Part shown: in pieces, positions 16,336 through 29,867 of the stretch
How the letters are laid out: each line of letters opens with the position of its first letter
How positions within the stretch are numbered: position 1 is the stretch's first letter
NCBI GenBank assembly: GCA_951406725.2
Contig: OX597828.1
Span: 59,954,001 to 60,018,000 of the forward strand
Origin: Octopus vulgaris
Taxonomy: Eukaryota
Direction: 5' to 3'
Length of the DNA: 64,000 nucleotides
The notes under the pieces: generated by a model
Told to the model about the DNA's origin: nothing
Databases searched by the model: none
Seen by the model: the letters and a program-made list of their open reading frames with translations, nothing else
Position numbers and translations under genes: made by a program

Positions 16336-16614
16336 AGTGATAATAGCAAGAATATGGTGCACAGTACCAAGAACTACACACCTGAAGCTTTTTCTTCAGA
16401 GGTTTCCATCTCCTAAACAAGTCGCTATAAACAAACTGGAGAGCCTAGTCTATCCTATGAGTCAGAGTTTGTTAAGGAGACTCAGCAACCAAAGACCTGG
16501 TTTTATATCAGAGTTTCTCACTCCTAGATGGGATGCCTTCACTGCGGTTAAGGATCCCCATCTCTCCCCTAATATGTCGAATTTCTTTCTTTCTTTTGTT
16601 ATCTTACTGTTTTA

Positions 16615-16649
<35 letters not shown>

Positions 16650-16659
<10 letters not shown>

Positions 16660-17185
16660 GAAAGAAGAAAACAAAGGACCACTAATGCGGTCACAGGACT
16701 GTGACGAAAGAACTCTGGCCGAAACAAGATTAAGATTAATGTAAAAAAATAAATAACACTGAAGCAAAGTAACACCAAATATATAGTGCGTGTGTTTTTA
16801 TTGGCTAAACTGGCAAAATGACCATTCCTAAATACAACAAAATATATATATATATATATATATTGGTGTTACTTTGCTTCAGTGTTATTTATTTTTTACA
16901 TTAATCTTAATCTTGTTTCGGCCAGAGTTCTTTCGTCACAGTCCTGTGACCGCATCAGTGGTCCTTTGTTTTCTTCTTTCTTATTTGTGTGTCTCTCCTT
17001 ACTAACCGTCAGCCATTTTGTGTTTCTATTGTATGTCTTCATTTGCGCATGCGTATATCTCTATGTGCGTCTATGTTTAGTTAGTGTGTGGGGGGGGATG
17101 CCTGTAATACTTGTATCTTCTGTTTATATACGTTCGTGTAATTTGTTTTTGTTTATTCTTATTTTGTTCATGTGTTTACACCCAC

Positions 17186-17231
<46 letters not shown>

Positions 17232-17682
17232 TACGTATGCTTGTATGTATGTATGTATGTATGTGTGTGTGTATGTATGTATAACAACAATACTAGTAAT
17301 AAAAAAAAATAAAATAAAATAAATTTTTGATTAAAAAAAATTTTTTTAGATAATAAAATAAATTTTTTAAATGTATATAGTTATTTACTTCCATTTGTTT
17401 ATCTGTGTATTTTATTTTATGTTTTCAATTTTGTTTATATTGTAACCAGTTTATGGGGATCCTCTTCTGTCATATGTTGTGGTGTGTGCTAGTGTTCCAT
17501 TCCAGTTTCCTATTCAGGCTAGGTTTATCTTCTATTATGTGTGTAGCTTCCGTAATTTGTCTGATTGTTGCGTCTGTTCTATGTGTGGACAAGATTTTAA
17601 CTTCTATGTTGTTGATTGAGCCCCCATATTCCTGCTCGGCGTGTTGGTACAGAATCGATGAGCTCTTTCCTTCCTTAAGTTA
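16650..17682 (-). mobile_element. Penelope-like element 3' end (GIY-YIG C-terminus plus pseudo-LTR) with an inverted pseudo-LTR copy
   Basis: Minus strand 17680-17480 reads ..SSILYQHAEQEY..DATIRQITEATHIIEDKPSLNRKLEWN*. 16655-16780 is the reverse complement of 16862-16987. Confidence 0.75.
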
Positions 17683-17901
17683 TATATATATATATTAGTT
17701 GGATAGCCATTGACTACTGCTCTTTATGACGGGTTTTATTTTTCATCCTGCAGGGTGTCCTTCTCACCAAGCAATGACCTGAACATGTAACAGATTATAC
17801 TGGGTTACATGTTACCAGTAGCAACTAATAGCATATGAGGGCAACCTGACTTTGTTTCTTTTTTAGTGGGGTAGGGGTGCCTAAGAGACAACTCACACTA
17901 G

Positions 17902-18436
17902 TGTAATGGAACTGGTTAATTCTTCACACTGTTTGGGTGCAACCAATTTCCTTTCTTTTTGTTTCTAGAAACTACCAGTCAGGAACAAAACGCAACTTAA
18001 AAATATATATGATTCTTTATTCTCTTATTTACAAATGAAGCACATTGGTATATTGGTAACGACTTGGTTCAATATAGCAAGGCTGAATTTTAACATTTGT
18101 AAGATTCTTACAACAAATTCAGCAGCAACAGAGCAGGTCAAATTCTAAGTGTCTGGGACAGGAGAATGGCTGATCACATGTTTAATACGTCTTTTCGCTT
18201 CAATAGCCGTGTCTCAAGTCAACGACGCTAAACAAGGAACGCAATAGAATTTTCTTCCCCAGTCTCTTGCGTATGTGCATGAGGGAACTTCCTTAGGCCT
18301 TTCCAGATGGTTCCAGCCCCACACACGCACACTGAAGAATGACGTTCCGCAAACGCACACTGAAGAATGATGTTCCACACACGCACACTGAAGAATGACA
18401 TTGCGTGTGCGCACACTGGAAAATGACATCAGTACA
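17902..18436 (-). repeat. Gypsy 3' LTR
   Basis: Direct repeat of 23084-23591, PPT adjacent. Confidence 0.93.
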
Positions 18437-18649
18437 AAGGCTCCCCCTCGAGTGCGGAAGCACAAAACAAAATTCCTTGTAGTGGCTTCAGAAAATAAGG
18501 TGGTTACCAAATCACCAAAATGGCACACAATATGACAAATCAAAACAAAATTTACAATATAAATAAGAATGCACCAAAAGGAAAAAAAAAATACTCAAAT
18601 GAACAAAGTTCAATAAGTCTCGTAACTGTCACTGGGAACACAATTGAGA

Positions 18650-21600
18650 ATGTCAAATATAAATAGTCTTTGAAAGTTTCTTTGGCCAGTGAACAGTTCT
18701 GCCTGACCTCAAAACATAAGGTTTGTTTGAGGCGGGCTGCGACGATGAAGGTGATGTTGCCGATGTTGGTGTTGATAAAGGTGCATGTGTAAATGGTGGT
18801 GTTGTCAAAGGTGCATGTGAAGGTTCAACGATGGTTGTAGCAGCGGTGTCATCAAAAGATGTTGACACTTCAAAATATGCCCTTTTAAGACGATCTACGG
18901 AGATGGTCTCCGAACAGCCATTAATGTCAAGTTTGAATGCTTTCGGGGTGCGGGAAATCGCACGAAAAGGTCCTTTATAAGGAGAAACAAGAGGTCTTTG
19001 ACAGAATCATCACGGACAAACCCATGAGTCCAAGAATTAAGATCTGATGGCACATTAGAAGGAGGATTTTGGTGACCCATAGGAGGAAGGGCAGAAAAAT
19101 ATCTGCTTAGTCGAGCAACATAAGACTCTAAATTAAGAGACTGTGACTTGTCTGGCACCAACATCGTACCAGGCAATTCCAGTGTGGTACCATACAAGAG
19201 CTCGGCAGAAGAAAAACCAAGGTCTGCTTTAATCGCAGTCCGACACCCAAGTTGGATGATAGGAAGAAATTCAGAAGCGGGATGGTAACTAGTGGTGCGT
19301 ATATGATGCATCCCCAGGATTCGTGATAACTCACGAAATAAAACCGCTTCGAATTATCGACCACGATCTGTGGTTAAACTGGACGGTACACCGAACCTAG
19401 AAATCCAGTTAGACACGAAAGCTTTCGCAACAGTTTCAGCAGAAATGTCTGCTATAGGAATAGCTTCCAGCCAACGTGAGAAACGATCGATACAAGTTAA
19501 AATATATGAGAAACCGCGACTCACAGGCCATGGTCCAACCAAATCAAGGTGGACATGGTGAAAACGGGCCTCAGGAGAAGAAAACTGTCCAAGTGGAGCA
19601 CGGACGTGTCTATGGACTTTAGCACTCTGGCACCTCAAACAAGAGCGTGCCCAAGAGGTAATTGATCGTCGCATATTGGGCCAGAAGAACCGAGCTGTAA
19701 CAAGCTTTACTGTGGCAGAGATACCCGGATGATCATCAAAAACAGAACGTTGATGTTTCTCAGGTACTAACGGCCTAGGAGAACCGGTGGAGACGTCACA
19801 AAGAATAGAGCGTTCTGCTGAAGGGAGCAGACGGTAGGCAAACTTACAATTGATAAACTTGGGTGAAGTTAAATTCAACTCCGCTGAAGGTGGTTGATCC
19901 TGCGAAATAGCAGTTAAGTCAATTGCTGCAGGAGAGGAAATGGAATTGACAGGGAGCCTAGAGAGAGCATCAGCTGGAACGTCCTCCTTCCCTGGCACAT
20001 GTCGAATGTCACTTGCAAACTGAGAAATATAATCCAGGTGACGGAAAGCACGAGGGAAGAGTTTATCCGTTTTAGAGGATAGTGCAAACATAAGGGGCTT
20101 GTGATCAGTATAAATCACAAACCCTCGTCCCTTGAGCTGGTGCTGAAAATGTCGAACTGACAGATAGATCGCTAGTAACTCTCGATCAAAAGTACTATAT
20201 CTGCGTTCAGCAGGCTTTAGCTGGCAAGAAAAGAAAGCCAAAGGTTTAGTTTCACCATCTACAGTGTGCTGCAAGACAGCGCCAACTGCAGAATCTGATG
20301 CGTCCTCAGATAAAGTAAGTGGAGCATCAGGAGCCAGATGTGCTAGAACAGGAACTGAAGCTAGTTCCTTTTTAACTAACTCAAAGGCAGACAGTGCTTC
20401 AGCTGAAAGAGTAAGACGGGCGTCCTTTTTAGAATTGCCCTTTAGCATCTGCGTTAAAGGAAACAACTTGTCTGCACACTGGTTTATGAAGCATCGATAG
20501 AAATTAACTATACCCCAAAAATGGCGAAGTTGACGCAAAGAAGAAGGTGGTGCGATGCGCTGAATTGCATCGACTTTAGACGAGAGAGGTTTGATTCCAC
20601 TCGAATCAATACAATGACCGAGAAAATCAAGAGATGATTGCCCAAAAACACGCTTGTCTGGTTAAATGCGAACACCATAGTCGCGAAGACGCTGAAAAAG
20701 CTGAGACAAGTGCTGGAGATGATTTTCATGTGTATCACTTGCGATTAGGATATCATCGACATAAACGAAAACAAAATCAAGTCCACGAACAACTTCATCT
20801 ATAAAACGTTGGAACGTACTAGTGGCATTCCGCAAACCAAAACTCATGTATAGAAATTCAAAACAACCAAAAGGGGTGGTAATTGCCGTTTTAGGAACAT
20901 CGTCTGGGTTGACCGGTATTTGATGATAAGCACGTATGAGGTCAACCTTAGAAAAAATGGTACAGCCATGAAGATTCGCTGAAAAGTCATTAAGATTCCT
21001 AATTGGATATCTGTCCGGAATCGTCACAGAATTTAGACGCCGATAATCTCCCACCGGGCGAAAATCTGTATCCCCTTTTCGAACTAAATGAAGGGGTGAT
21101 GCCCATGGACTGGTGGATGGGCGTATCAGACCAAGCTGGAGCATATGCTCAAACTCAGCCCTAGCCGTTTTAAGACGGTCAGGTGCAAGACGCCGTGGGC
21201 GCGAAAAAACAGGCGGCCCCGTAGTTGTAATGAAATGGAGTGTCAAGTGTATGGGTTTTGCCATTTTAAAAGTAATATCGAGTTGCTCTGGAAAAGAAGC
21301 CAAAAGAGAATGAAAACCATCTCCAGAAGTAGCAACAAAAAATGTCGGGCTAAGAGCTGAATCGGTAGATTCTCTGGTCGGCATGGAGAGTGTAGTCGAA
21401 CTGTCGACTAGCCTCCGACGTCTGACATCTACCAATAGATCAAAGTTATTTAGAAAATCCGCACCTAAAATAGGATGCGGAATGTCAGCAATGACAAAAA
21501 CCCACCGAAAATCTCGACGAAGATTTATGTCGAGGCGTAAAGAGATCTGACTGAATGTGGCTATTGGTGACGAGTCAATAGCGTGCAAGGTAACATTAGA

Positions 21601-21747
21601 TCGTTTTGGCCTGTCGGTTGTGAGACGCAGAGGCCAAATGCTGCAACAAGAACCAGTGTCCACCATGAAGTATTTCTTTGACACTAGATCCTTAACGAAA
21701 AATGCACGATAACTAGAAAATGATGTGGAGGAAGTTGACATGCTCAA
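18650..21747 (-). pseudogene. pol: Gypsy pol (protease, RT, RNase H, integrase), disrupted
   Basis: VDTGS, DYRRLN, YVDD, DAS, TDHKPL, HLDLVGP, TTDRG, split across several frames. Confidence 0.92.
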
Positions 21748-21795
21748 CTCCTCCGAAGCTAGTTTAAATCTTTATAGGAGCATGGCTTTATGCAC

Positions 21796-22416
21796 TTATG
21801 TGCTTTCTCTCCAAACTTGATGATGAACGGCTGCAATCTTGAAAATCGCGTCCATCCTTTTGGTGAGACCCTTTATTAGTTTAGTAAGTCCATCAATTGA
21901 GTTTGCAGAAGTTTCCAAGCAGACACAAGCAGCACGTGAAGATGGTCGCACGGCAAATTCAACCATCTTATCTGCCATGGTCACTATTTGGTCCACAGTA
22001 TTGGACTCGAAAGCAGTTGCCAAAACAGTTTGTATATAGGCGGGCAACCTTGAAAAAAAAATTTTCCAAAGGAGAAGAGCATCTGCAGCTTTACCGCTCA
22101 ACTCTCTTAGGTGTCTCAAAAATTCAGACGGAGTCCTATCTCCCAACTTCTCATCCGCCATCAATTCATTGAAGCGACTTTTCTCGCTTCTAGTATTTCT
22201 TTTCTCCACTTCTAATTTAACAGACGCATAAGTGGCATCTGGAGAAGGATCCGTAATAAGATCTCTGGCAGTAGTTGCAAGTTGAAGAGGTATACAACTA
22301 TAAAGAATTTGCAACTGCTGCTCAGAAGAAATACTATGTGCACAAAAATATGCCTTTAGTTGTGCAAACCAAAGTGTGGCATCACCTGTGAAAATGGGTA
22401 ATGATGCCAAAGACAT
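21796..22416 (-). pseudogene. gag: Gypsy gag
   Basis: LPIF..D..LWFAQL, LGDRTPSEFLRHLR, FFSRLP motifs, positioned upstream of pol. Confidence 0.85.
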
Positions 22417-23083
22417 GTTGTTCTTTTTTTTTTTTTAATTTTAACTAGATGACTGTCAAAGGAAAGGGAAATGACAATGAAAAGTTGAACTGACGCAAAT
22501 GTAAAAAAAAACAGAAAGAAATAGAAATTAAACAAGACCAGCAATTGAACCCAAAAAATTTTTTTACGTGTAAATTTTACCAAAAAAATGTGTTTTTTCC
22601 TTTTCTTTTTCTACTGTATGCACAGAGAATAAAAATTCTTTTTTTTTTTATTTTTACCAACCTTCGTCACGTCTGAAACAAAATTTTTCTTTTTTTTTAA
22701 TGAAGTTAGAGTTATTTTACCAGTTCATAGTAAAGTACATAATAGCAGTTTGTTCTGTAACAGGATGTTGGGATCACAAGTGCAGATGCCGGTTGAACAC
22801 ATGTCGTGTAGCGGTTGTGGCTTCAATGCTGTGCCAGGTTACATTAGTACAGAAGATCTCGCAGGTAGTGCTGTGCTGTGTACGTATTAGTGTTGCTGGA
22901 GATGAAGGCGACGTGAAGTTGAAGGACGGTGATGGTGATTGCGACGGCAGAGAAAGGCTTCGTTAGTGTATGCTGAGGCGAAGATATCGACATCAGAAAA
23001 ACTGAATTCACAACTCTGACTCGGTAGAAACTAGATTTTTGTCAAGTGTTCTATGGTCTATGACCAGAACTTGGGGTCACCAC

Positions 23084-23591
23084 TGTAATGGAACTGGTTA
23101 ATTCTTCACACTGTTTGGGTGCAACCAATTTCCTTTCTTTAATTTCCAGAAACTACCAGTCAGGAACAAGAACGCAACCTTAAAAATATATATAACTCTT
23201 TATTCTCTTATTTACAAATGAAGCACATTGGTATATTGGTAACGACTTGGTTCAATATAGCAAGGCCGAATTTTAACATTTGTAAGATTCTTACAACAAA
23301 TTCAGCAGCAACAGAGCAGGTCAAATTCTAAGTGTCTGGGACAGGAGAATGGCTGATCACATGTTTAATACGTCTTTTCGCTTCAATAGCCGTGTCTCAA
23401 GTCAACGACGCTAAACAAGGAACACGATAGAATTTTTTTTCCCAGTCTCTTGCGCATATTCATGAGGGAACTTCCTTAGGCCTTTCCAGACGGTTCCAGC
23501 CCCGCACACGCACACTGAAGAATGACGTTCCGCACACGCACACTGAAGAATGACGTTGCGTGTGCGCACACTGGAAAATGACGTCACTACA
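23084..23591 (-). repeat. Gypsy 5' LTR
   Basis: Direct repeat of 17902-18436, PBS adjacent. Confidence 0.93.
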
Positions 23592-23954
23592 CTAGCATTT
23601 TGGTTTGGTTGTTCAGGTAGTGGTTGGGTAGGAGGGGCTAAGTGAACAACATGAGCAAGCTGGAAGATATAGATCTCTAGTTAATGAATTAAAGAAAGAG
23701 AAAAAGTAACATGTTTTTTTCAGAGAGATGGCCACGCTAGTCTGCAAAAAATATAGGCATGTATGCATGTAGTAATATGTTGCTATGTTAAAAAGAATTA
23801 GTCTTGTGAAGGAAAAAGGAGAATCTTACATTTGAAAAGTTTCAAAGACTGACAGGGCAATGATAGAGTTGGAGGAGAAAGATAGAGAAAGCAAGAGGGA
23901 GGAACAGAGATGCATAAAGACAACTAGATAGTAACTTAAGAACCAGTATATATA

Positions 23955-24155
23955 TATCGTCATCAATATCATTTAGTGTCCATCTTCCATGCATGCATGG
24001 GTAGGATGGGTGACAGGAGCTGGCCATGTAGAAAATCTACCCTAGACTACTGTGTCTGTTTTGGTAGGGATTTTACAGCTGGATGCCCTTCCAAAAGCCA
24101 ACCACATTACAATGTGGACTGGATGCTTTTAACATGGCACCAGCACTGGCAGGAT
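23955..24155 (-). mobile_element. Degenerate RTE 3' end
   Basis: TACAGCTGGATGCCCTTCC..GCCAACCAC and the CCATGC..GCATGG hairpin. Confidence 0.7.
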
Positions 24156-24656
24156 AACAAAGTAACTCAGAAGACAAGGGATTATGAGAGAGGCAGGGGC
24201 ATTTGAGGAGGGAACTTGTGTCAGAAGATGAAAGGTTAGTGTGTGACAAAGAGACAGAGAGATAGAAGTAGTTGTCTTGCCACAACAGAGGTGATCCAGT
24301 ATAAGATGATGAAAGGTTAGAGCATGTCGGAGAAATAGCAAGACAGAAATAGGTGTCTTACTATTGAGGAGGTATGTGGTTACCCAGTGAGAGAGAGAGA
24401 GAGAAAAAAAAGAGAGAGAGAGTGAGAGAGGTATGTATGTGTGTGTTTGTATGTATATATATATATGTATTATATATATCTATTTATGTATGTATATTTA
24501 GAATAATAAGGTTGTCAGAATGTTGGATGATTATATTTTTTATTTACATTTTATTTCTTCCCTTATTGGATTTATCAAATATATATATATATATATATAT
24601 ATGCATTCATTCATACATACATACACACACACATATATATACATTCATTCATACAT

Positions 24657-24687
<31 letters not shown>

Positions 24688-24714
24688 CACATTTATTCAT
24701 ACACACAGACACAC

Positions 24715-24775
<61 letters not shown>

Positions 24776-25299
24776 CATATATATGTAAATACACACACAC
24801 TCAGACATCTATATATGTACATGTTTATATTTGTGCATACATACACACACCACACATACATATGTACACATGATTTTCTTACAAAATAATTAATTAATAT
24901 AATTAAAGATTCATCTTTGTGGTTAAATAAATTTGGTAAGTTTTGGTCATTTTAGCCACTACTCTTGATTTTTATCCAAATATTTGTCCTTCAGAGTGCA
25001 AAATGAACTTTTAAAGAAAGCAATACACAATGCTGTCAGAATTACATTTCCAAATTCATCTTTTTCTGGTTGGCTATTTTGTTTTGAACATATTTTAAAG
25101 CTTCAACCTAAAATTTTCTAAAGGAGAAAGAGAGCCAAGTACAGAAGAGGGAAAGCATCTGTGCTTATAGAATTTTTGAATATAGTGTGTTTTGCAAGGT
25201 CCAATAACAATGTGGTAAAAAGGTTTTAGCAATGGTTTGAGATCATCTTTAACATATATACAATTAAATTCGTATAGAATTCTCATAGGTGGAATTTCA

Positions 25300-25948
25300 T
25301 AGGTGGAGGAACACATGGGAAGAAAGACAAGGCAAAATACAAACAACAATTAACCCATAATACTAGACAACCTAGATGGATGAACACATGGAACAAAAGA
25401 CAGGTGAGGAACAAGCAACACAGAGACTATAATATAAAAAATCATAATGAAAACACAAGAAACCCACAATATATGACTACCAATCCTACATGGCCCAACA
25501 AATGCAGGAGATGGGAAAAAGACAACTACTATGGACAATGAAATATATACAGACAACATGAACTGTTCCTTCACTCACAAAGACGCCTGAACCCCAGAAA
25601 TAGAAATTGGAGACATAACAATACAACCCATTTTTAAGGGAAAAAATACTACAACTGTGCTCCGGACCCAATACAGTAGAAGTTCCTAATGAACCCAGAA
25701 AATACATAGAACCTAAAATTATAAATTCCTCAAATAGAGACCTCAATGAAAATGAAATGAGTCTCTTACTAAAAGGTTTCAAATTCACCCCAATACCCAC
25801 TCCGAATCTCATAGAACTAAAAACCAATATTGAGAACTTCAATTACCTCCTCCGTCTTATAGAATTCTTCAACAACAATAAAGTAGAAGATGAATCAATT
25901 GTAAAGAAAGAAAAAACCTCATTTCATCCCTTACAAGGGGAGTGATAA

Positions 25949-25987
<39 letters not shown>

Positions 25988-26930
25988 CAGAGAGAGAGAG
26001 AGAAAGAGAAACAACCTCGAAATTCCTTCTCAGAACCTGTAAAAGCAAACAGAATCTTCAGGAAGGAGAAAAGGAAGCTTTACAAAGACTAAAGAATGAC
26101 AATTCAATCACCCTGAAGGAAGCTGACACGGGCGGGGTGATAGTAATCATAGACACAGACTACTACAAAGAAAATATACTAGAAATGTTAACAGATTAAC
26201 CATACTATAAAGAAGAATCAAGACATCTGGAAAAAACAACACTAAATAAAATCAGGACATTAATTAACAAATACCCAACACAACAACTGAGTCACCTCTT
26301 GGACATACACCTCAAACTTTTATACCCATTAATACCCAGCTATATACGGGATGACTTGGACTTTTTCAAATACATCCCAACCTCTATACCAACATACAGC
26401 GTACCTTAGGCCTGGAAGTGGTCAAACACTGGTTAGAGAAAAACAGATGTGTAGATAAATGTTTCAAAACAGACTTATTACCGAAGTCACTCATCTAGTA
26501 CTAGAAGCAAACACCTTCAAATTTGATAAGATATACCAACAGATAAAGGGCATGGCTATGGGTACGAAATTTGTACCCTCATATGCCAACTTAGTCATGG
26601 GTCACCTAGAAGGTAGACTTTACGAGGAAGTAGAAAAACCTTTGATCACAACTTTAAGGAAAACATCATGAAGAAGTAGAAGCACTACCTCGATGACTGC
26701 TTCATTTTTTGGGGATAGATCAAACGAAGACCTACGAACATTTCACAACACCCTCCACACGCTGCCAAATCCACAAAAGAAACTAGCAACAATAAACTAC
26801 CATTCCTAGACATTCACATCAAAATATACAACTCCTCTGTCACAACAGATGCACACCAATATTTAAATTTTTACCCTTGCCACCCTTCACACATCAAAAA
26901 GAACATCCCATGCAATAACTATTCTTCATT
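25300..26930 (+). pseudogene. Decayed Penelope-like element RT ORF
   Basis: LLKGFKFTP, ALQRLKND..ITLKEAD.GG.IVI, QIKGMAMGT..PSYANL.MG, YLDDCF, LPFLDI. Confidence 0.8.
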
Positions 26931-26974
26931 ACCTACAGGAATAAATCACTGTGTAGTCAACAACCAATGCCTGA

Positions 26975-27165
26975 AGAAAAACATAATATATAGTTTTCTA
27001 TAAATGCACTTAGTAAAGAACATGTTTATATAGGTGTGTTCTCTTATCACCAATCTACAAAAGCATAAGGATGCAGCATCACAAATTTTATCAGTTCTGC
27101 AAAAATACCAAGAAACAACATATTTAGATTTTCTTAGAGGCATTGTATTTAATTTAGCGTTTTAA
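26975..27165 (+). pseudogene. Possible MULE transposase C-terminal remnant
   Basis: Reads NIYSF..NALSKE...QILSVLQKY..TYLDFLRGIVFNLAF*, resembling the LDYLRGIAHN ending of animal MULEs. Confidence 0.4.
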
Positions 27166-27213
27166 ATAAATGTTTGGTAATGTCATATAAAGTTTTTCAG
27201 CTATTATATTTAA

Positions 27214-27618
27214 GGCGCAGGAGTGGCTGTGTGGTAAGTAGCTTGCTTACCAACCACATGGTTCCGGGTTCAGTCCCACTGCGTGGCACCTTGGGCAAGT
27301 GTCTTCTACTATAGCCTCGGGCCGACCAAAGCCTTGTGAGTGGATTTGCTTGACAGAAACTGAAAGAAGCCCGTCATATATATGTATATATATATATATA
27401 TATGTGTTTGTGTGTCTGTGTTTGTCCCCCTAGCATTGCTTGACAACCGATGCTGGTGTGTTTATGTGCCCGTCACTTAGCGGTTCAGCAAAAGAAAACG
27501 ATAGAATAAGTACTGGGCTTACAAATAATAAGTCCCGGGGTCGAGTTGCTCGACTAAAGGCGGTGCTCCAGTATGGCCGCAGTCAAATGACTGAAACAAG
27601 TAAAAGAGTAAAGAGAGA
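27214..27618 (+). mobile_element. tRNA-derived SINE, full length
   Basis: Same family as 29-438. Confidence 0.88.
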
Positions 27619-27989
27619 AAATCCTAAATTTTACACAAAATATCAACTAATAAATATTTTAAATTGTTTTACAAAATTTCACTTTCCTAAAATATTTTTA
27701 TTGTAAAGGAAGAACAATATCCTGAGGGATTTCGTTCAGGAGAGAGTTTTTCTAGTACCTTGATTATTATTCTTAACTGGTAATGATGATGATAAACGAA
27801 AATACAAAATTTCCTACTTTTATGAAAGGAGATAAATTCTACCACATATGTTGAAAGAAATTACGTAAGAGCTTCTAGGTAAGCAACATTATTTGTTTTC
27901 TGGTTTGGAGCATAGACAAATAAGTCTTGCAAACTATCTGCTCTGGAGCAACCAACAAAGTTGACCATGAGAAAAGCAAGCCAGTAGAT

Positions 27990-29160
27990 TTCAAAGACTG
28001 ACCTTGAGCTGTATTAATAGACATTGCAAAGAAAAGTTACACTGGGAATTATGTTTGTCTGAACTGAAAGGGCATGTCTGTTGGTTTGATTGGAATTCTT
28101 GGAATGGAAACCTCTTCCCCAGAGGCACATCCAGTGATGATGGTAGCTTCTGTCACATTAGGTGATAATGTCTTCACAATCAACCTTGTCCGATTGCATA
28201 ATTTAGGAGGATCTAAATTTCTTAGCAGCATTATTGGGACGCCTACCTTCAGAAAAAGTTTATGAGGAGGAATTCCAGGGGGCTCAAGAGAATTAAGGAA
28301 CTCTGGTGAGTAATGGACAGCTTGATTTTCATGAAAGACTGAATCAACTGATTTGTACTTCTTAATGAATGTTTGAATCTTATTCATTAATCCATGGTTA
28401 ATTCTTGCTACTGTCTCATATTTTGGAGTAAGAATTGTCCTTTCACACAACCACTTATGTGAATTATAATTATTACCTAAGTCTGGCAATACCCTGTTCT
28501 TCAATTCAGCTAGGGAATTCACCATGATAGCAATATGAGCCAAACTGATATCACCATTCCCACCAAATGGTACTTTCCCATTTCCTGATTGGAGGAGCCA
28601 GGTTGAAAACTGTTTTGCACATTGGACCCCCTGTAATGAAGCTGGCACGTTAGTATTGAAGGAGAATTTCAGTACTTTATTCTGTAGGTGCAAAGACTTA
28701 ATGCATGCTTTTATTTCATCAGATCTTGTTCGTCTCAGAATGACTGGTAATGTCTATCTGAAGTCTCCTGATAAAAGTAATGTAACCCCTCCCACAAATT
28801 TATTGTTGCTTTTGATGTCCTGTATGGTGTAACCAAGAGCTTCCATTGCACCTCTATGTGACATGGTGCATTCATCCCAAATGATAAGGTGGCATTGGCA
28901 CAACTCTTCTGCTGAACCTGAATCTTTGCTTATGTTACAAACTGGACTGTCACTTGTGACCAGGTTTAGTGGTAATTTAAAAGCAGAATGAGCTGTTTGT
29001 CCTTCTGGGAGAATGGTGACAGCAAAGCCAGACAATAGTACAGCAATTGCAATTTTTTTTTTTTTGCCTTACTTTGGAGAGAAGCAATATGAGAAATGTT
29101 TTACGTGTGTCACCAGGAGTATCAAGAAAGAAAATTCCTCTGCTTTTTTCTGACAACTGT
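27990..29160 (-). pseudogene. Helitron PIF1 helicase remnant
   Basis: LDTPG..KTF, TAHSAFKLPL, IIWDECTM, GDFR, LKVGVPIMLLRNL..PKLCN, IPRI. Confidence 0.88.
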
Positions 29161-29867
29161 GGAATGTCAGCTGCACGCACCCCCACCCCCACACAGATAC
29201 ATATACATACAGTATCAAACTACGGGAGAGTGAAGGGTGTGTTGTCATATATATGTACATACATAAATAGTAGGCATCCATCTTTCTTGTATGTATGTGC
29301 GTGAGAGAGAGTGCCACTTAGACATCACTCTCCCTCACACACACACACACACACACAAAAGATGTATGCATATGTATTTATGTATGTACGAATACATGAC
29401 AATGTATGTACGAATACATGACAAAACACCCCTTCATTCACTCACACATACACAGACACACACTCCAGACCTAAATGTATGCAAACTTTCATACAAAAAC
29501 ACATGTGCATGTGTTACTTATAAATACATAGAGCTGAACACCGTGTGAAAAAGAAAATAAATAAAAAAATTTTTATCCAAGTAAATGAAGTGTGCAAATT
29601 CCAGCAAAATAATGCCCATATTTTTTGGGTGCCGCATGTTTAATTACAAAATTTTAACAAATTACTTGTGTAAAAAAGAAATCAAACCTGGAGTGTGTGT
29701 GTGTGAGAGAGAGAGAGAGAGAATGTTGCTAACAATGAATGAGATGGACGTGGAATGAAAAAATCGTATAGATAAAAACATGTTGAAAAGTGTCTTGTAC
29801 TGAATATTTAAATTTGTGAACTTAGTAAATATTTCTTTCAGTAATTTTAGTAATATTGTAGTTATTT

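Larger units (their letters stand above)
17902..23591 (-). mobile_element. Full-length, frameshifted Ty3/Gypsy LTR retrotransposon
   Basis: TG..CA LTRs at 17902-18436 and 23084-23591, CTAG TSD (17898-17901 / 23592-23595), PBS TGGTGACCCC (tRNA-Trp-like), PPT GAGGGGGAG, domain order gag-PR-RT-RH-IN. Confidence 0.95.

Noticed and set aside
18315-18420. CRISPR-like 28-bp repeats
   Set aside because: They are contiguous tandem units without unique spacers inside a eukaryotic LTR, and there are no cas genes.
28049-29035. Cellular PIF1 helicase gene (also 41506-42027 and 61226-61831)
   Set aside because: The fragments are intronless, carry stops and frameshifts, and are associated with Helitron termini.
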